The notes under the pieces: model-generated
The model's input: the letters and a program-made list of their open reading frames with translations, nothing else
What the model was told of the DNA's origin: nothing
Databases searched by the model: none
Part shown: piece by piece, positions 37,633 to 51,466 of the stretch
Layout: every line of letters starts with the position of its first letter
How positions within the stretch are numbered: position 1 is the first letter of the stretch
Source of the DNA: Felis catus
Lineage: Eukaryota
DNA: 64,000 nt
Reading direction: 5' to 3'
Assembly (NCBI RefSeq): GCF_018350175.1
Contig: NC_058373.1
Coordinates: 99,946,001 to 100,010,000 of the forward strand
Translations under genes and position numbers: made by a program

Positions 37633-38347
37633 AAAAACTAACTTTCCATAATTTCTGATAAGTACATATAGTAAAGTGAAGTAAGACCAGAGAATTGCCT
37701 TCCTCATTATCTATCTGTAAAAAAAAACCAGTTTTAAAACATAGCAAAACAAAACTAATAAGCAGAAACTTTAGGAATGGGACAGGACTTCAAGCCAGAA
37801 TGTGGTAGTCAAAAAAGGAAATGCATATTTTTAGTAAAACTTGGGATTAGTTCTAGTCCTGCCTCAAAGAGCAAAAGTAGTACTGGTAAGTAGACAAAAT
37901 CCTGAGAATTCTTAGTAATATTTCTGCATTGGGTAAGAAGGAAAGGAGTCTAGAGAGAACTGAGGCTTGTGAAGAACTGAACGTGAGCTGGTGTCTTTCT
38001 CAGGGTTCTATGCTGAAATGGAAGATAAAACAAATTCAGGGGATATTCTCTCCAAGGAAGTAAGAAATATGCCCCCTCTGCCATGTGAAAGGAAAGGAAA
38101 AAGATTTATATACTGCTTTAAAAAAAATATATTTGAAGGCAAAATCCAACCAAACAAAAACTGACTCAAAATAAACTCTGGAATGAAGCCAGTAAAACTG
38201 GGGCTGATAAACTCTGAACCTATTTAAATGTAGAAGAAAAGCTTTTATAAGAGGAGGGAATTATAGTTACAAAATAAAATACAAGTATTACAAACCTTAA
38301 TAATTAAAAATAACATAAAACTAACAAAAATCAGAGGGGTAAGAGGA

Positions 38348-38558
38348 GGGCCGCCTGGGTGGCTCAGTCGGTTAAGTGTCTGACTTGGGCTCAGATCATG
38401 ATCTCACAGTTCGTGGGTTCGAGCCCCACGTGGGGCTCTGTGCTGACACCTCAGATCCTGAAGCCTGCTTCAGATTCTGTGTCTCCCTCTCTCTCTGCCC
38501 CTCCCCCACTGGCACTCTGTCTCTCTCTTAAAAATAAATAAACATTAAAAAAATGAAA
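38348..38558 (+). mobile_element. Can-SINE
   Basis: Full length; TSD gggtaagagga on both sides. Confidence 0.94.
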
Positions 38559-39305
38559 GAAGGGTAAGAGGAGCTAAGATGGAAATAAATATATTAACTT
38601 GATTTTCTCATTTTTCACAGCAAAAAGTAGATCAATTCTATCTAAAATGAAAATGTGTAGTTTTCGAAAAAAATAATTTAATGTTTTTCATAATCATTTT
38701 CAACATTCAAAACATTTCCTAAAGAGCCCACAAATGAACAAATGATATATCAAAATTTCCGTAATCCTTCTTTTCACATCACCTTCTTTTTCCTCTGCTG
38801 AATTCAAGTAAGAATATAAATTTCTTACTATAAAGTAGCACATACAATAGGATGTGTCTATTAATCCACACACCCACAGACACTGTATGTATCTATATGG
38901 GTACAGACTGGTGTGATGGTCATCTGACATCTAATATTTCTGAGTTCCAGGATTAGATGGCTTAAAAATTTTTTTTCTTTATATTTTGCCACACTGTTTG
39001 GATTATTTATAATACACATGCATCATTTTTATTTACAAAGGAAGTACTCAGTAAGAAGGCCTACTGAGGTTTTGTGCATGCTCAGGACAATCCTTCAAAC
39101 TTTCAGAGAGAAAGGTCTGATGATCACCATCTCTATAAATTCTTCCCAGCTAGCACTAAGGAAAGTGGGGCACCAGAAATGCTATAGTCCAATATTTACC
39201 AACTTTTAAAGTAGCCATCAAAACATTCACAAAAGAAGTCTTTCCTAACCATGATATGATCTTTGTGATCTTGGAGTGGTTGCAGTTCATTATAACTACC
39301 ACAGA

Positions 39306-39458
39306 GGGGGGCCTGGATGGCTCAATCACTTAAGCTGCTCACTCTTGATTTTGGCTCAGGTCCTGATCTAGATTCATGAGTTCGAGCCCCACATCTGGCT
39401 CCACACGATCTTCTTGGGATTCTCTCTCCCCCTCTCTCTCTGCCCCTCCCCTGCTCAT

Positions 39459-39508
<50 letters not shown>

Positions 39509-39550
39509 ATAAATTAAAAAAAAAAAAAGAAATATTTATTTAAAAAAAAA
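39306..39550 (+). mobile_element. Can-SINE (older subtype) with expanded (CT)n
   Basis: TSD aactaccacaga at 39294-39305 and 39551-39562; (CT)n at about 39462-39505. Confidence 0.92.
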
Positions 39551-39813
39551 AAACTACCACAGAATATTTCCACTTACACGAAGCTATATTTGGATTTCAA
39601 TGCAACAATACTTCCAGGCATTAAAATATCATTTCATGAATATTATTCTAGTCTACCTTTAATAAGTAGTTACTCATAAATCACCCTCAATGAGTATGTC
39701 CAAGGAAATGGGAAAAGATAGAGCACATCTAAATAAAATTTAGCATATCTATGGATGAAAACTTAATAAATTTTATGTATGAATTATCTAATATATTAAA
39801 GTAAGAAACATAC

Positions 39814-39964
39814 CAGCAGAGGTGCTTCCATTGTCTTAATAAATCGATGAATGTTTAGTGTAGCCAGTGGCTGTTCCATCAGTGTTCTTCTACATTGCTG
39901 GGTCAAATCCAAGACTTGTTTACAATGAAAAAAGTAGAAATGTGCATTTTCTATGGCCTCAGTG
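39814..39964 (-). CDS. TXNDC16: TXNDC16 coding exon, 151 nt ([50 protein letters not shown])
   Basis: Acceptor TTTAATTTGCAG|C, donor CTG|GTATGT; 1+150 nt. Confidence 0.95.
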
Positions 39965-40833
39965 CTGCAAATTAAAAATTAGGGACACAAGACAACACAT
40001 GAAGAAGTTCAACGTATGATCTTTCTACCATCCAGAAAGACATAGTTCCAAGTATCTTTGCCTTTAAGTCTCATGCTATTGAATTACCTTTTTAGTAAAA
40101 ATGTAAAACAGTAAAACAAAATAAAATGGACCTAAGCGAAAAAGAAGGTACAGTTTTTGAGTTGTATAAGCAACTTTTTTCCCTGAGCTCTTTAATACGG
40201 TAGTTTCTAAATTAGATTACAGGCAGGTCTACACAATTTTTTTTTTTTTTTTTAATAAAAGACTGTCACCTTGAGGACAAGGAGATTATCTTCAAATGTA
40301 GTTGCTTTTCTAGAACTATGCTAAATAAAGCCTTGTAACACAAATTTTCTAGGTTTAATTTAAACTCAAATCTGTTTTGAATAAACTTCAGCCAAAACAT
40401 GCCTTAAGATAGAAACCATGTGACAGTTTGTGGGAGTTTGTGAGTTTGTATCTGAAATATTACAAAACTCAGCAAATATGGCTTATAATTTGAGTTCTGG
40501 CATCCTGTCAATATGACAATTCAAAGGTAAACTTATAGTGGGTAAGTAAGGTTTGCCAAAATTAAAATAACATTTTAAAAATCTCCATATGGCATTAGTA
40601 GGGTTTGGTAAAAACTGTAAATTTTTATTTTTAAAATGTTATTTCAATTCTTGATACATGCTTAAACTGAGATCTGAGGTTCACTGTTTTCAAATTTAAT
40701 GATAAACCAATTTCTAATAGATTTACTGATTAAACAAATGATCACTCAAGGATTACTTAATGTGTACTAAATACAAAAGACTCGGATGAATAAGATAATT
40801 CAAATACTTGAGGGGCTTAGAATATATTTAGGG

Positions 40834-41045
40834 TTTTTTTTTCAACGTTTATTTATTTTTGGGACAGAGAGAGACAGAGCATGAACGGGAGAGGGGCAGA
40901 GAGAGAGGGAGATACAGAATCGGAAACAGGCTCCAGGCTCTGAGCCATCAGCCCAAAGCCCGACGCGGGGCTCGAACTCATGGACCGCGAGATCGTGACC
41001 TGGCTGAAGTCAGATGCTTAAGCGACTGTGCCACCCAGGCGCCCC
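40834..41045 (-). mobile_element. Can-SINE, young felid subtype
   Basis: Reverse copy; TSD tatatttag(gg/tt)tttt. Confidence 0.95.
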
Positions 41046-41602
41046 TATATTTAGTTTTTTTAATGTAGTTTATAAGTGCTATGACATGCAAAGTGCTATG
41101 AGAAACAGAAATATTTCATTCTGCTTCAAGTCAGGGAGAAGAAAGAAAGGAAGAGGAAGATCACAGAGGTTAAAAACAGTAAAGAAAAGAATGACTTCTC
41201 CAAGAAGATAAGACAAATGGGTACTTTAGACAAAGGAAATATATAGCCAAGACCCAATCAAAGTATGTAATTTTTTAAGGAGAACCCTAAATATACTGAA
41301 AGTAAAGTGCTGAAAGCAGGAGGACCCAGCTGAGGTTGGACCTCATATCATAACCTCTGAAATAATAAAATAATACTGGAAAATTACTGAATCAGAGATC
41401 ATGGGTTGTAGGTAACCAAAAAGGTAGTGGGGGGGGGGCTACTTATTGGAAGTGTAGAAGTATATACTACAGGATACAAGGAAAATTCAAGTAAGTGGAT
41501 CAGAGAATGAACTTATAAATCTGAATAGCAAGAGTTCAAGGGACCTTCATTTTGCCATTAATACCTTTCACCTCCAACTCTCTCTATAATGACAACTCTC
41601 TC

Positions 41603-41876
41603 GGGGCGCCTAGGTGGCTCAGTCAGTTAAGCACTGACTTTGGCTCAAGTCATGATCTCATGGTTCATAAGTTTGAGCCCTGCATCAGGCTCTGTGCTGA
41701 CAGCTCACAGCCTGGAGCCTGTTTCGGATTCTGTCTCTCTCTCTCTCTCTCTATCTCCTCCTCCTCCTCCTCCTCCTCCTCTTCCTCCTCCTCCTCCTCC
41801 TCCTCCTCCTCCCCTGCTCATGCTCTTCCTCTCTCTCCTTCCAAAATAAACATTAAAATATATATACATATATGTG

Positions 41877-41947
<71 letters not shown>
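41603..41947 (+). mobile_element. Can-SINE with internal (TCC)n expansion and a (TA)n(TG)n(CA)n tail
   Basis: TSD gacaactctctc (41591-41602) / gacaattctctc (41948-41959) encloses the microsatellites. Confidence 0.93.
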
Positions 41948-41949
<2 letters not shown>

Positions 41950-44099
41950 CAATTCTCTCTGCTTTACTTCTACATGGGCAAAACATTCCTATAAGCAGGA
42001 GAGCCAAAACACTGTATAGTTTAGTTTCTCCATGCTCAATTCCAAGTTCCTGAGAGGGGACCTAATTTGCTCAGATAAGCCAGTGGGCTGGCTGACCATG
42101 GATCAGATGGCCATCTCTGATTTAACTGACAGTGATAAATGGGGTGAGGGTGTAACATGTTTCTTGGTGTATACACAGATTCTTAAAGAAGGGAGTATGG
42201 GGAGGTAACAGAAACCCCTGGTGTTCCTATGGTATCTACCTCTTATACTACCTATCATGTACACCTCCCTTAACCAACATATAATTTCAAACAAATTCAG
42301 GCGCAATGTGCTATAACAACTAATATACTAGACTTATCCAGTGTTACAGCCCCAGCAACTAGAATAGTGCCTACCACACAGAAGGCATTCAATAAATATT
42401 TGTTGAGTAAAAGAATGAACAAAGGAAAAAATGCATTCACCTCTCCTCTACTAAGAGACAACCCAAAGTCATAGCCAACTTCTTCATCTAGAAGTCATGC
42501 CATATGACTATTGTACTCTGAATCCACAGTACCTTCCTGTCATATCAGGTCTAGGTATGATCACTCACCATTTTGCTATCCATGAAAAAATGAGTATTCA
42601 AACATCTCCAATGCATCATACACTCAAAAGTATACAAAAGAAAAAAAAAGAATAACTGGATATCTTAAAATTCTCATTTTAAAAATAAGGGAAAGCAAAA
42701 ACCCCTCCAGAACATTACCATGTTTAGCCATAGATCAGAAAATATACTATGTATATAGTATATCTTGCTGAACAGAATTTGTAAGATAAAATGACAGAAC
42801 CTATATACATAATAAATAAATAACTTAATTTAAATTGCTAATAAACACCCCTCTATGTTTTAGGCATGTCACCTTTATTTACAACTATAAAGTTGAAAAT
42901 AATAAATAAAGAAGCTAGTGACACACACAAAAAAGTATAAACAATTAACCCTCAGAAAAACTGTGGAGCTAGGATAGAACCGCCATGAGATGAGAATAAG
43001 AAGGCTTCCCCCAGTCTACACTGGGAGTAGCAAACCAGCTGCTCATCGTTATCTCAAGACTCCATGACTTAGGGCAAAGCTCTGTGGTACCATCAACACA
43101 AGTCTCAAATTGCTAAAAATATTAATTTTCATACAAACAGTAAACATGCATCAGAGTTTTATTTAACTCGTTAATAAGGGAACCAGCAGAATGACAGTTC
43201 ACGAACAGATTAATGTAAAAAGGAATACGAGCTAACTTTGTACAGAGTGGTAAAAACAGAACTTCTCTTCTCAGGAACTTAATTCTCTGCCTACCCACTC
43301 CTCTCAAAAAACCATTTCACTTAATCTGCTTTCTATGCTCTAACCTCTAAATTTACAAAGTTGTAAAATGTCTGGGGTTTAATTAATTGTGTATAGTATA
43401 TCAAACAGTCACTGTTTTCTGAGAGGTTAGCAAGAGGGCTCATTAAAAACTCTTGCATGGTGTAAGTCACAGAATCACCATTTTGCTTGGCTTTGGGTTA
43501 ATTTTCCTGACCAGCATTTTAAAGCCACATCTTTAAAATACATGGCTATTCCTTGTATCTGTAAGTACTAAAGAAAAGAAAAACTTCAACCCTAGGTTGC
43601 CCAGGCAAAAAAGTCAAAAGAAGGTCTCAACCTAAAATTGTAAGCTAGAAACTAGACATGAAAAATAAACATTTAAAACGTTCTGCTCAAAAACGGTACT
43701 TAAATATATTTAAGACTATTCTGACAAAATAACTTACAGAACTCTCAGAAAGAACTTCTGGAGCTTAGTTATGAAAGCTGTTATTTTATCACCTATCTGA
43801 TCACTGTGGGAGATGTAATCCTAAAATACACTTGGCCACTCATGGGATCACATCTTGTGGCTTATGTATTTTGACTTTGTTCACCTTAGCCTAATATCAC
43901 CTCTGTATATTTAAAATCATTTTCAGACTGTAGAACAGCAGACAATAGTAATGAAGGGGATTTCTGGTTTCATTTATATATTCACATCTGCTTACAATTC
44001 CTTTCGGGTAAGTCCACAATGTGAGTCTGATGGAGATGTTGAGTAAGTAATGTAAAAGAAGCAAACTTAAAATTGTTCACATATGCCTCTTGTACTTAC

Positions 44100-44190
44100 C
44101 CAATACTTTCCAAAAGGGCAATTTCCGTGGTCAGGACAAACTGGTACGTGGTCCCATACACAAAAGCAGCTTCCATGACCGCTCTATGCT
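44100..44190 (-). CDS. TXNDC16: TXNDC16 coding exon, 91 nt ([31 protein letters not shown])
   Basis: Acceptor CTCTTCTTCAG|AG, donor TTGG|GTAAGT; 2+87+2 nt; not in the ORF track, found by manual translation. Confidence 0.96.
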
Positions 44191-44870
44191 CTGAAGAAGA
44201 GATAAGGGAGTTGGGAGACATGAGGAGCCAGTTTGTGTGACTCTCTTCTGAATATTGCCCTACAGCCTTTTAGGCTCTATTATAAAGAAAAATCCCTTGT
44301 ATATTTACCTCCAAGTCTTTAAATGACATTCTCACACTTTTATTTCCTGATTTTTTTAAGTGTTATTGCTATTACCTATTGACTTCCCACTTTGGCAGAT
44401 GACAAATTAGCTCTTTCCCAAAACCTCGCTTCACAAACATACATATTTCTATCCCCTCGATAATCCCAATATAGTTCTAATTTTTATTAGCTCAAATATC
44501 AGTATTTACATGGTTGTAACTCAGCAAATATTATTTACAAGTGAGACATAGGGTGTAAAATGAACATTTCTCTTTTCTCGAACAACTACCTTTTCCACTG
44601 GCTATAACTTTTTAATTTCTACTTAAATTTCTTTCTAAATTCTTCCACAACTGGCTAATGCTCTCAATGCTCCAAACAGATCTGGCACACTATTGGCCTC
44701 CTCATCCTGGAGACACTTCTGCACAGCCTTCTGGTTTGCTGCAATGTAGACTACTGCAACTTGATGTGCTGCATGGCTTTCATCCTGCGAACTCACTTTG
44801 TCATCATCCTAGGAATTCTCTTACTCTTTCTCTTGTGTTGGGTCCTTTGGCCTGTTTCCCATATCTTCTT

Positions 44871-45300
44871 TCTTTTTTTTAAATATGATTGATTGCCAAA
44901 TTGTCTAACATACAGTGTGTACAGTGTGCTCTTGGTTTTGGGGACAGATTCCCATGGCTCACCGCCTACATGCAACACCCCACTGCTCATCCCAAGTGCC
45001 CTCCTCAATGCCCATCACCCATTTTCCCCTCCCCCGCCCCCCATCAACCTCCAGTTTGTTCTCTATATTTCAGAGTCTCTTATGATTTGCCTCCCTCCCT
45101 CTCTGTTTATAACTATTTTTTCCTCTTCCCTTCCCCCATGGTCTTCTGTTAAGTTTCTCAAGTTCCACATATGAGTGAAAACATATGATATCTATCTTTC
45201 TCTGACTTATTTCACTTAGCATAATACCTTCCAGTTCCATCCACGTTGCTGCAAATGGCCAGACTTCATTCTTTCTCATTGCCAAGTAGTATTCCATTGC

Positions 45301-45332
<32 letters not shown>

Positions 45333-45341
45333 ATGTATGTA

Positions 45342-45403
<62 letters not shown>

Positions 45404-47711
45404 ACATCTTCTTTATCCATTCATCAGTTGATGGACATTTTGGCTCTTTCCATAATTTGGCTATGGTTGAAAGTGCTGCTATAAATACTGGGGTACATGT
45501 GCCCCTATGAATCAGCACTCCTGTATCCTTTGGATAAATTCCTAGTAGTGCTATTCCTGGGTCATAGGGTAGTTCTATTTTTAATTTTTTGAGGAACCTC
45601 CATACTGTTTTCCAGATTGGCTGCACCAGTTTGCATTCCCACCAACAGTGCAAGAGGGTTCCCGTTTCTCCACATCCTCGCCAGCGTCTGTTGTTTCCTG
45701 AGTTGTTAATTTTAACCACTCTGACCAGTGTGAGCTGGTTATCTCAGTGGGGTTTTGATTTGTATTTCCCTAACGATGAGTGAGGTTGAGCATCTTTTCA
45801 TGTGCCTGTTGGCCATCTGGATATCTTCTTTGGAAAAGTGTGTCTATTCATGTCTTCTGCCCATTTCTTCACTGAATTATTTGTTTTTCAGGTGCTGAGT
45901 TTGGTTAAGTTCTTTATAGATTTTTTTATACTAACCCTTTATATGATATGTCATTTGCAAATATCTTTTCCCATTCCATCTGTTGCCTTTTAGTTTTGTT
46001 GACTGTTTCCTTTGCAGTGCAGAAGTTTATCTTGATGAGGTCCCAGTAGTTCATTTTTCCTTTCAATTCCCTTGCCTTTGGAGATGTATCAAGTAAGAAA
46101 TTGCTGCGGCTGAGAACAAAGAGGTTGTTGCCTGCTTTCTCCTCTGGGGTTTGATGGTTTCCTGTCTCACATTTAGGTCCTTCATCCATTTTGAGTTTAT
46201 TTTTGTGTATGGTGTAAGAAAGTGGTCCAGTTTCATTCTTCTGCATGTTGCTGTCCAGTTCTCCCAGCACCATTTACTAAAGTGACTGTCTTTTTTCCAT
46301 TGGATACTCTTTCCTGCTTTGTCAAAGATTAGCTGGCCATACATTTATGGATCCATTTCTAGGTTCTCTATTCTATTCCATTGATCTATGTGTCTGTTTT
46401 TGTGCCAATACCATACTGTCTTGCTGATTACAGCTTTGTAGTAGAGGCTAAAGTCCAGGATTGTGATGCCTCCCGCTTTGGTTTTCTTTTTCAAGATTAC
46501 TTTGGCTATTTGGGGTCTTTTGTGGTTCCATACAAATTTTAGGATTGTTTGTTCTAGCTTTGAGAAGGCTGCTGGTGCAATTTTGATTGGGATTGCATTG
46601 AATGTGTATATTGCTTTGGGTAGTACTTACATTTTAACAATACTTACCTTCCAATCCATGAGCATGGAATGTTTTTTCATTTCTTTGTGTCTTCTTCAAT
46701 TTCCTTCATAAGCTTTCTATAGTTTCCAGCACATAGATCTTTTAAACCTTTGGTTATGTTTATTCCTAGGTATGTTATGGTTCTTGGTGCAATTGTCAAT
46801 GGGCCAGTTTCTTTATTTCTCTTTCTGTTGCTTCATTATTGGTGCATAGAAATGCAACCAATTTCTGTACATTGATTTTGTACCCTGCAACTTTGCTGAA
46901 TTCATGTATCAGTTCTAGCAGTCTGATGGTGGAGTCTTTCAGGTTTTCAGGTAGAGTATCATGTTGTCTGCAAAAAGTGAAAGTTTGACTTCTCTGCCGA
47001 TTTTGAGGTCTTTTATTTCATTTTGTTGTCTGATTGCTGATGCTAGGACATCCAACACTATGTTAAACAACAGTGGTGAGAGTGATATCCCTGTCATGTT
47101 CCTGATCTCAGGGGGAAAGCTCTCAGTTTTTCCCCATTGAGGATGATATTAGCTGTGGGCTTTTCACATATGTCTTCTATGATGTTTAGGTATGTTCCTT
47201 CTATCCCGACTTTCTTGAGGGTTTTTATTAAGAAAGGATGCTGTATTTTGTCAAATACTTACTCTGCATCTATTGACAGGATCACATGGTTCTTACCCTT
47301 TCTTTTATTAATGGGATGTATCACATTGATTTGCAAATATTGAACCAGCCCTGCAGCTCAGGAATGAATCCCACTTGATTATGGTGAATAATTCTTTTTA
47401 TATGCTGTTGAATTCAATTTGCTAGTATCTTGTTGAGAATTTTTGCATCCATGCTCATCAGGGATATTGGCCTGTAATTCTCCTTTTTAGTGGGGTCTCT
47501 GTCTGGTTTGGGAATCAAGGTAATGCTGGCTTCATAGAATGAGCCTGGAAGCTTTCCCTCCATTTCTATTTTTTTGGAACAGATTGTGAAGAATAGGTAT
47601 TAACTTTGCTTTAAATGTCTGGTAGAATTACCCCTGGGAAGCCATCTGTCCCGGGACTCTGGGAGATTTTTGATAACTGATTCAATTTCTTCACTAGTTA
47701 TGGGTCTGTTA
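44871..47711 (-). mobile_element. 5'-truncated felid L1, about 2.8 kb, with frameshifted ORF2
   Basis: ORF2p fragments 45402..45719, 45926..46273 and 46063..46344; T-tract at left; TSD cccatatcttctt (44858-44870) / cccacatcttctt (47712-47724); compound (TG)/(TATG)/(TA) repeat at 45300-45400. Confidence 0.96.
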
Positions 47712-47724
47712 CCCACATCTTCTT

Positions 47725-48270
47725 AACTGTTTTGCTCCCTTGTCCCATTCTCTAGCACCTTCCTGCGAGAGGATATAGGAAATACACGTTTTGCGAACTT
47801 ACACTTCTGAAAGTGTCCTTATTCTATACTGTAACTAACTGTAGTTGTCTGCATATTGAATTCTAGGTTCAAGTAATTTCCCCTAAGAATTTCGATAGCA
47901 TTGCTCCATTTTCTTCAGTTTCTAGGGCTGCAACTAAGAGGACAAATGCCATTCTGATGCTTAATCCTTTAAATGTATACACTCTTTCATTATTTCTGGA
48001 ACATTTTAGAACAGTGTTAGTTCCCAATATTCTGAAACTGCATAATAAGATGCTTTGGTGTGGCAAAGCATTCATCCATTCATCCATTACGCTGGGATTC
48101 AGTGAGCCCTTTCAGTTTGGAAGCTCAAATCCTTCAGTTCTGGGAAATATTTTCAAAGTATTTATTTGAAATATTTCTTCCTTTTCATTTCATTTTATTT
48201 TCCCTTTTTTCCTCACTGCCATTTCCAGGCAGTCATCTTTTTCTTCCCTGTGGATCTTCTACCATTTGAG
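47725..48270 (-). mobile_element. Ancient L1/HAL1-like relic (host of the 2.8-kb L1; probably continues at ~44300-44860)
   Basis: gaattctaggttcaagtaatttccc...gcattgctccatt...tcagtgagcccttt...cttcagttctgggaaatatttt motifs. Confidence 0.5.
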
Positions 48271-48350
48271 TCAATTATCATCAGAGTATTCCCCTCACCA
48301 TTCTGCCTTTGAGTGGTAGATGAACACCCCAGCCAGAGACAACTCCCCTC

Positions 48351-48353
<3 letters not shown>

Positions 48354-48399
<46 letters not shown>
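48354..48399. repeat. (CA)n microsatellite
   Basis: Direct reading. Confidence 0.97.
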
Positions 48400-48402
<3 letters not shown>

Positions 48403-50280
48403 TGGCTTCTGTCACACTGTTACTCTCTCCAATACTACTCCCATTATAATCCTTTGTGATTTTATTATCCCCATAGATGATCCTTGCAAAATCCTAGCCT
48501 CTCAGTCTTTGGTCTTCTCTAGACACTTCAGTGATCTCTCTTCAAATCTACCTTAACCACTCACTGCTATGATCCTACTCCAGGCCTTGTAATAACCCAA
48601 TCACTGCAAATCCCTCCAAAATCTCAGTGTCTAGCATCCTCAGAACTACCTCTTCCCTCCATAAATACACACACCCCTCCATCTCAAAGTTACTCTGTCT
48701 AGTACATAATCCTTCAGGAACTACAGTCTTACCATTTTCACTGTCCTTCACTCCTTCAAGTCTTCTCTTCCCTCTTAACCCAGCTTACATTCCATGGTCA
48801 GTCTTTATATAATCACTCCCCTGCCTGTCTGGCTAAAACACAATCCAGGTTAAATCAGCCACTCTGCCTATTCTGTACTTACACCTATAAAAGTAAACAT
48901 GGCTGGAGGGGGCAAAAACCAAAAAACCTGTTAGCATCACCATAATACTGATCTCACTTTAGATTACTGATATCAACTCTTATTGCTGCCTAGCAACCAT
49001 TCTTTATTTTCAGGCCTTCTAAAACAACTATTTAATCTCTTCTCTCCTCAAGCTATCTGATGATTTTATTTCTAGTTCACTGAGAAAACACAGCCAATTA
49101 AAAAAGCAAAACCAAAGAAACTTCCATAAGCATTATATTTATCTACCCACTTAAAATTGAGGCCCATATTCTTTGTCTTCCCTCCTTTTACCACAGATGA
49201 ATTTTCTGTGCTCCCAACAAAGAACCAACCCTCCGCTCATTCACTAGATTCAATCCCCTCTTGTCTACTCAGAGATGTTGCTTCAGTAATTCTCCCCACT
49301 TTTTCCTCCATGCTGTATTTACCCCTTCCTACTGGATCTTTCTTGTCAACATACAAATATGTTTCTTAAGAAATTCTTCACTTGACCCACATACTCTTCC
49401 AACCACTGCCCCATTTTTCTAGAAATTTCTCTAATGAGTCTCCATATTCACAGTCTCCAGTTGCTTTCTACCTATTCTCTTGTATCCCCATTAGGCATTT
49501 ACCCTTAGCACTCTACAGAAACTTGTGAAGGTCACCAACAAATTCCATACTGCTAAGAATGGCCAATAGGCAGCTCTTATCTTAAGTAACCCTTCAGCAT
49601 CATTGACACAACTGTTGCTATCTCTTCCTCAAGATCTTGTCTTTGCTTACAGGGCATCTCTACTACACAGTCCATTCCTTCCCTTTACTGGTTCCTTCTC
49701 ACTTCAGTGACCTGTAAATGTTGACAGATCTAAACAGTTCAGTCTTCTCTTTTCCATCTAGGATCATTTGCTTTGTGATCTCTTCTGGTCTCACAGCTTT
49801 ATCTCCCAAATTTATAACCCTAGTGTATATCTCTACCATCAAATGCAGGTTAGTAATATCCAGCTACCTTGCTGATATCTCTTCTTGGGCATATAAAGGG
49901 TATTTCACAAGCATGATGTCCAAAAAGTCTAGAGCTTCCTCTCCAAACTATTTCCAATCTTCCCCACCTCAGTTATCAGCAATTTCACCTTTAAAGTAAC
50001 TCAGCCTAAAACCCCAGAGCCACCCTTGTCTCTGCTATTTCTCCCTCACTCGGAATCTAATATGTCAGAAAATTCAGTTAGTCCTACATCCAAAATACTG
50101 CTAGAATTCAAATTTATTGCCACCTCCACTGCTCACACCCTGGTCCAAGCCACCCACCATCATCTTTCGCCTGCCTTATTGGAATAACTACCTAATTTTC
50201 CTTCCTTATTCTACTGTTGCTACTTCCAGTCTATTCCAAACATAGAAGTCAGATTGATCCTGTTAAAATATACATCAGGG
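48400..50280 (+). mobile_element. Long L2 relic
   Basis: C/T-rich; ctctacagaaacttgtgaaggtcaccaac, ccacctccactgctcacaccctggtccaagccacc, gtctattccaaacatagaagtcagattgatcctgttaaaat are L2-like. Confidence 0.7.
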
Positions 50281-50485
50281 AGTTCTGGTTCCACTGTAGC
50301 AATGTAAACCCTCTCTAGCTCATCCCTCTCACTGAGGACAAATAAAAACTATGAACAGTAACCTGAAAACCCTGAAATGTAAACAAAAACAGGCTGACTG
50401 TAGAGTATTATTTTACAAGTATATTAAATTCAGTGGCATGCTATGTAGCCATCAAGCTTTATGTTGATAAAAATTGTGATTTCCA

Positions 50486-50672
50486 GGGTGCCTGCGTGGC
50501 TTAGTCAGTTGAGCAGCTGACTTTGGCTCAGGTCATTATCTCACAGTTTGTGGGTTCGAGCGCCACATCAGGCTCTCTGCTGTTAGCGCAGAACCCACTT
50601 TGGATCCTCTGTTCCCCTCTCTCTTTGCCCCTCCCTCTTTCTCTCTCTCTCTCTCAAAAATAAACATTTTTT
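50486..50672 (+). mobile_element. Can-SINE (older subtype)
   Basis: gggtgcctgcgtggcttagtcagttgagc head, CT tract, aaaaataaac tail. Confidence 0.9.
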
Positions 50673-51344
50673 AAACAGTGATTTACAATAAATGATTTTA
50701 TTTCCTAGAGCATATGTGATTTTTAAAATATCTTTAACATTTTATATTAACATGATCAAGTTACAACCATTAACAAATAAAAGTCCTGAAAGCATAACTA
50801 TACTTTGTTCATGTTTATAAACTTCTTTACTACAAAATTATATATTAATGCTCAAGATGATGCTGTCAGAACTATACATTTTTTTTAAATCAGGAAAAAG
50901 TCATAAATGGTATATATTAAAAAAGAAAAGCATTTAGTCAACATTTATCAAATACTATAGACTACTATACCAGGTACCATGAGGACTATAAGGAAATAAA
51001 AATAGTAATTAACACTTCCAGAGCACTACTATACGCCAGGAAATATTTTAATTATTTGAATTCATTTGGTCCTCACAATAACACTAAAAGGTAGGCACAA
51101 GTTGTTTTCACCATTTTACTGATTAAAAAGCCTAAAGTTACATTAAGTTCTCCAAGGTCATACTGTAAGTTGTCGGGACAGGGTATCTAACCTAGGCATC
51201 TGGCTCCAGGGTTTTTTTTCAACCACGATACTATGCTGCTTGTTTAAAGAAAGAAAACATACTAGTAAGGATGCCATTTTAAGTCCTTCAACATTCTCAG
51301 AGAAGTGTAGAGGCACAACAAAGATTAAAAGAAAAGCTCAATAC

Positions 51345-51466
51345 CTGGTGTTCCGATGGCTCTTACATATGAGAATGCAATGTTTGCTTTTCCTTTCAGG
51401 GAATTTTCTATGTTCTGTAGGTCTTCCAGGGTGGTAATATATTTTACTTCATTAAAAAGAAGAGCA
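51345..51466 (-). CDS. TXNDC16: TXNDC16 coding exon, 122 nt ([40 protein letters not shown])
   Basis: Acceptor TTTATTTCAG|T, donor CCAG|GTATTG; 1+120+1 nt; overlaps ORF 51325..51522. Confidence 0.96.

Larger units (their letters stand above)
576..51466 (-). other. TXNDC16: TXNDC16 (ERp90) gene, internal part: 12 coding exons; the gene continues beyond both window ends
   Basis: Spliced minus-strand translation [17 protein letters not shown]...[18 protein letters not shown]...[20 protein letters not shown]...[32 protein letters not shown]...[20 protein letters not shown]...[16 protein letters not shown] matches mammalian TXNDC16 as I recall it. All 11 internal introns are GT-AG with matching phases, and the 1450 nt are open. 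Confidence 0.96.

Noticed and set aside
41552..42019. Longest ORFs (155 aa poly-Ser; overlapping poly-Pro and poly-Gly frames)
   Set aside because: They are translations of a SINE with (TCC)n, (TA)n, (TG)n and (CA)n repeats.
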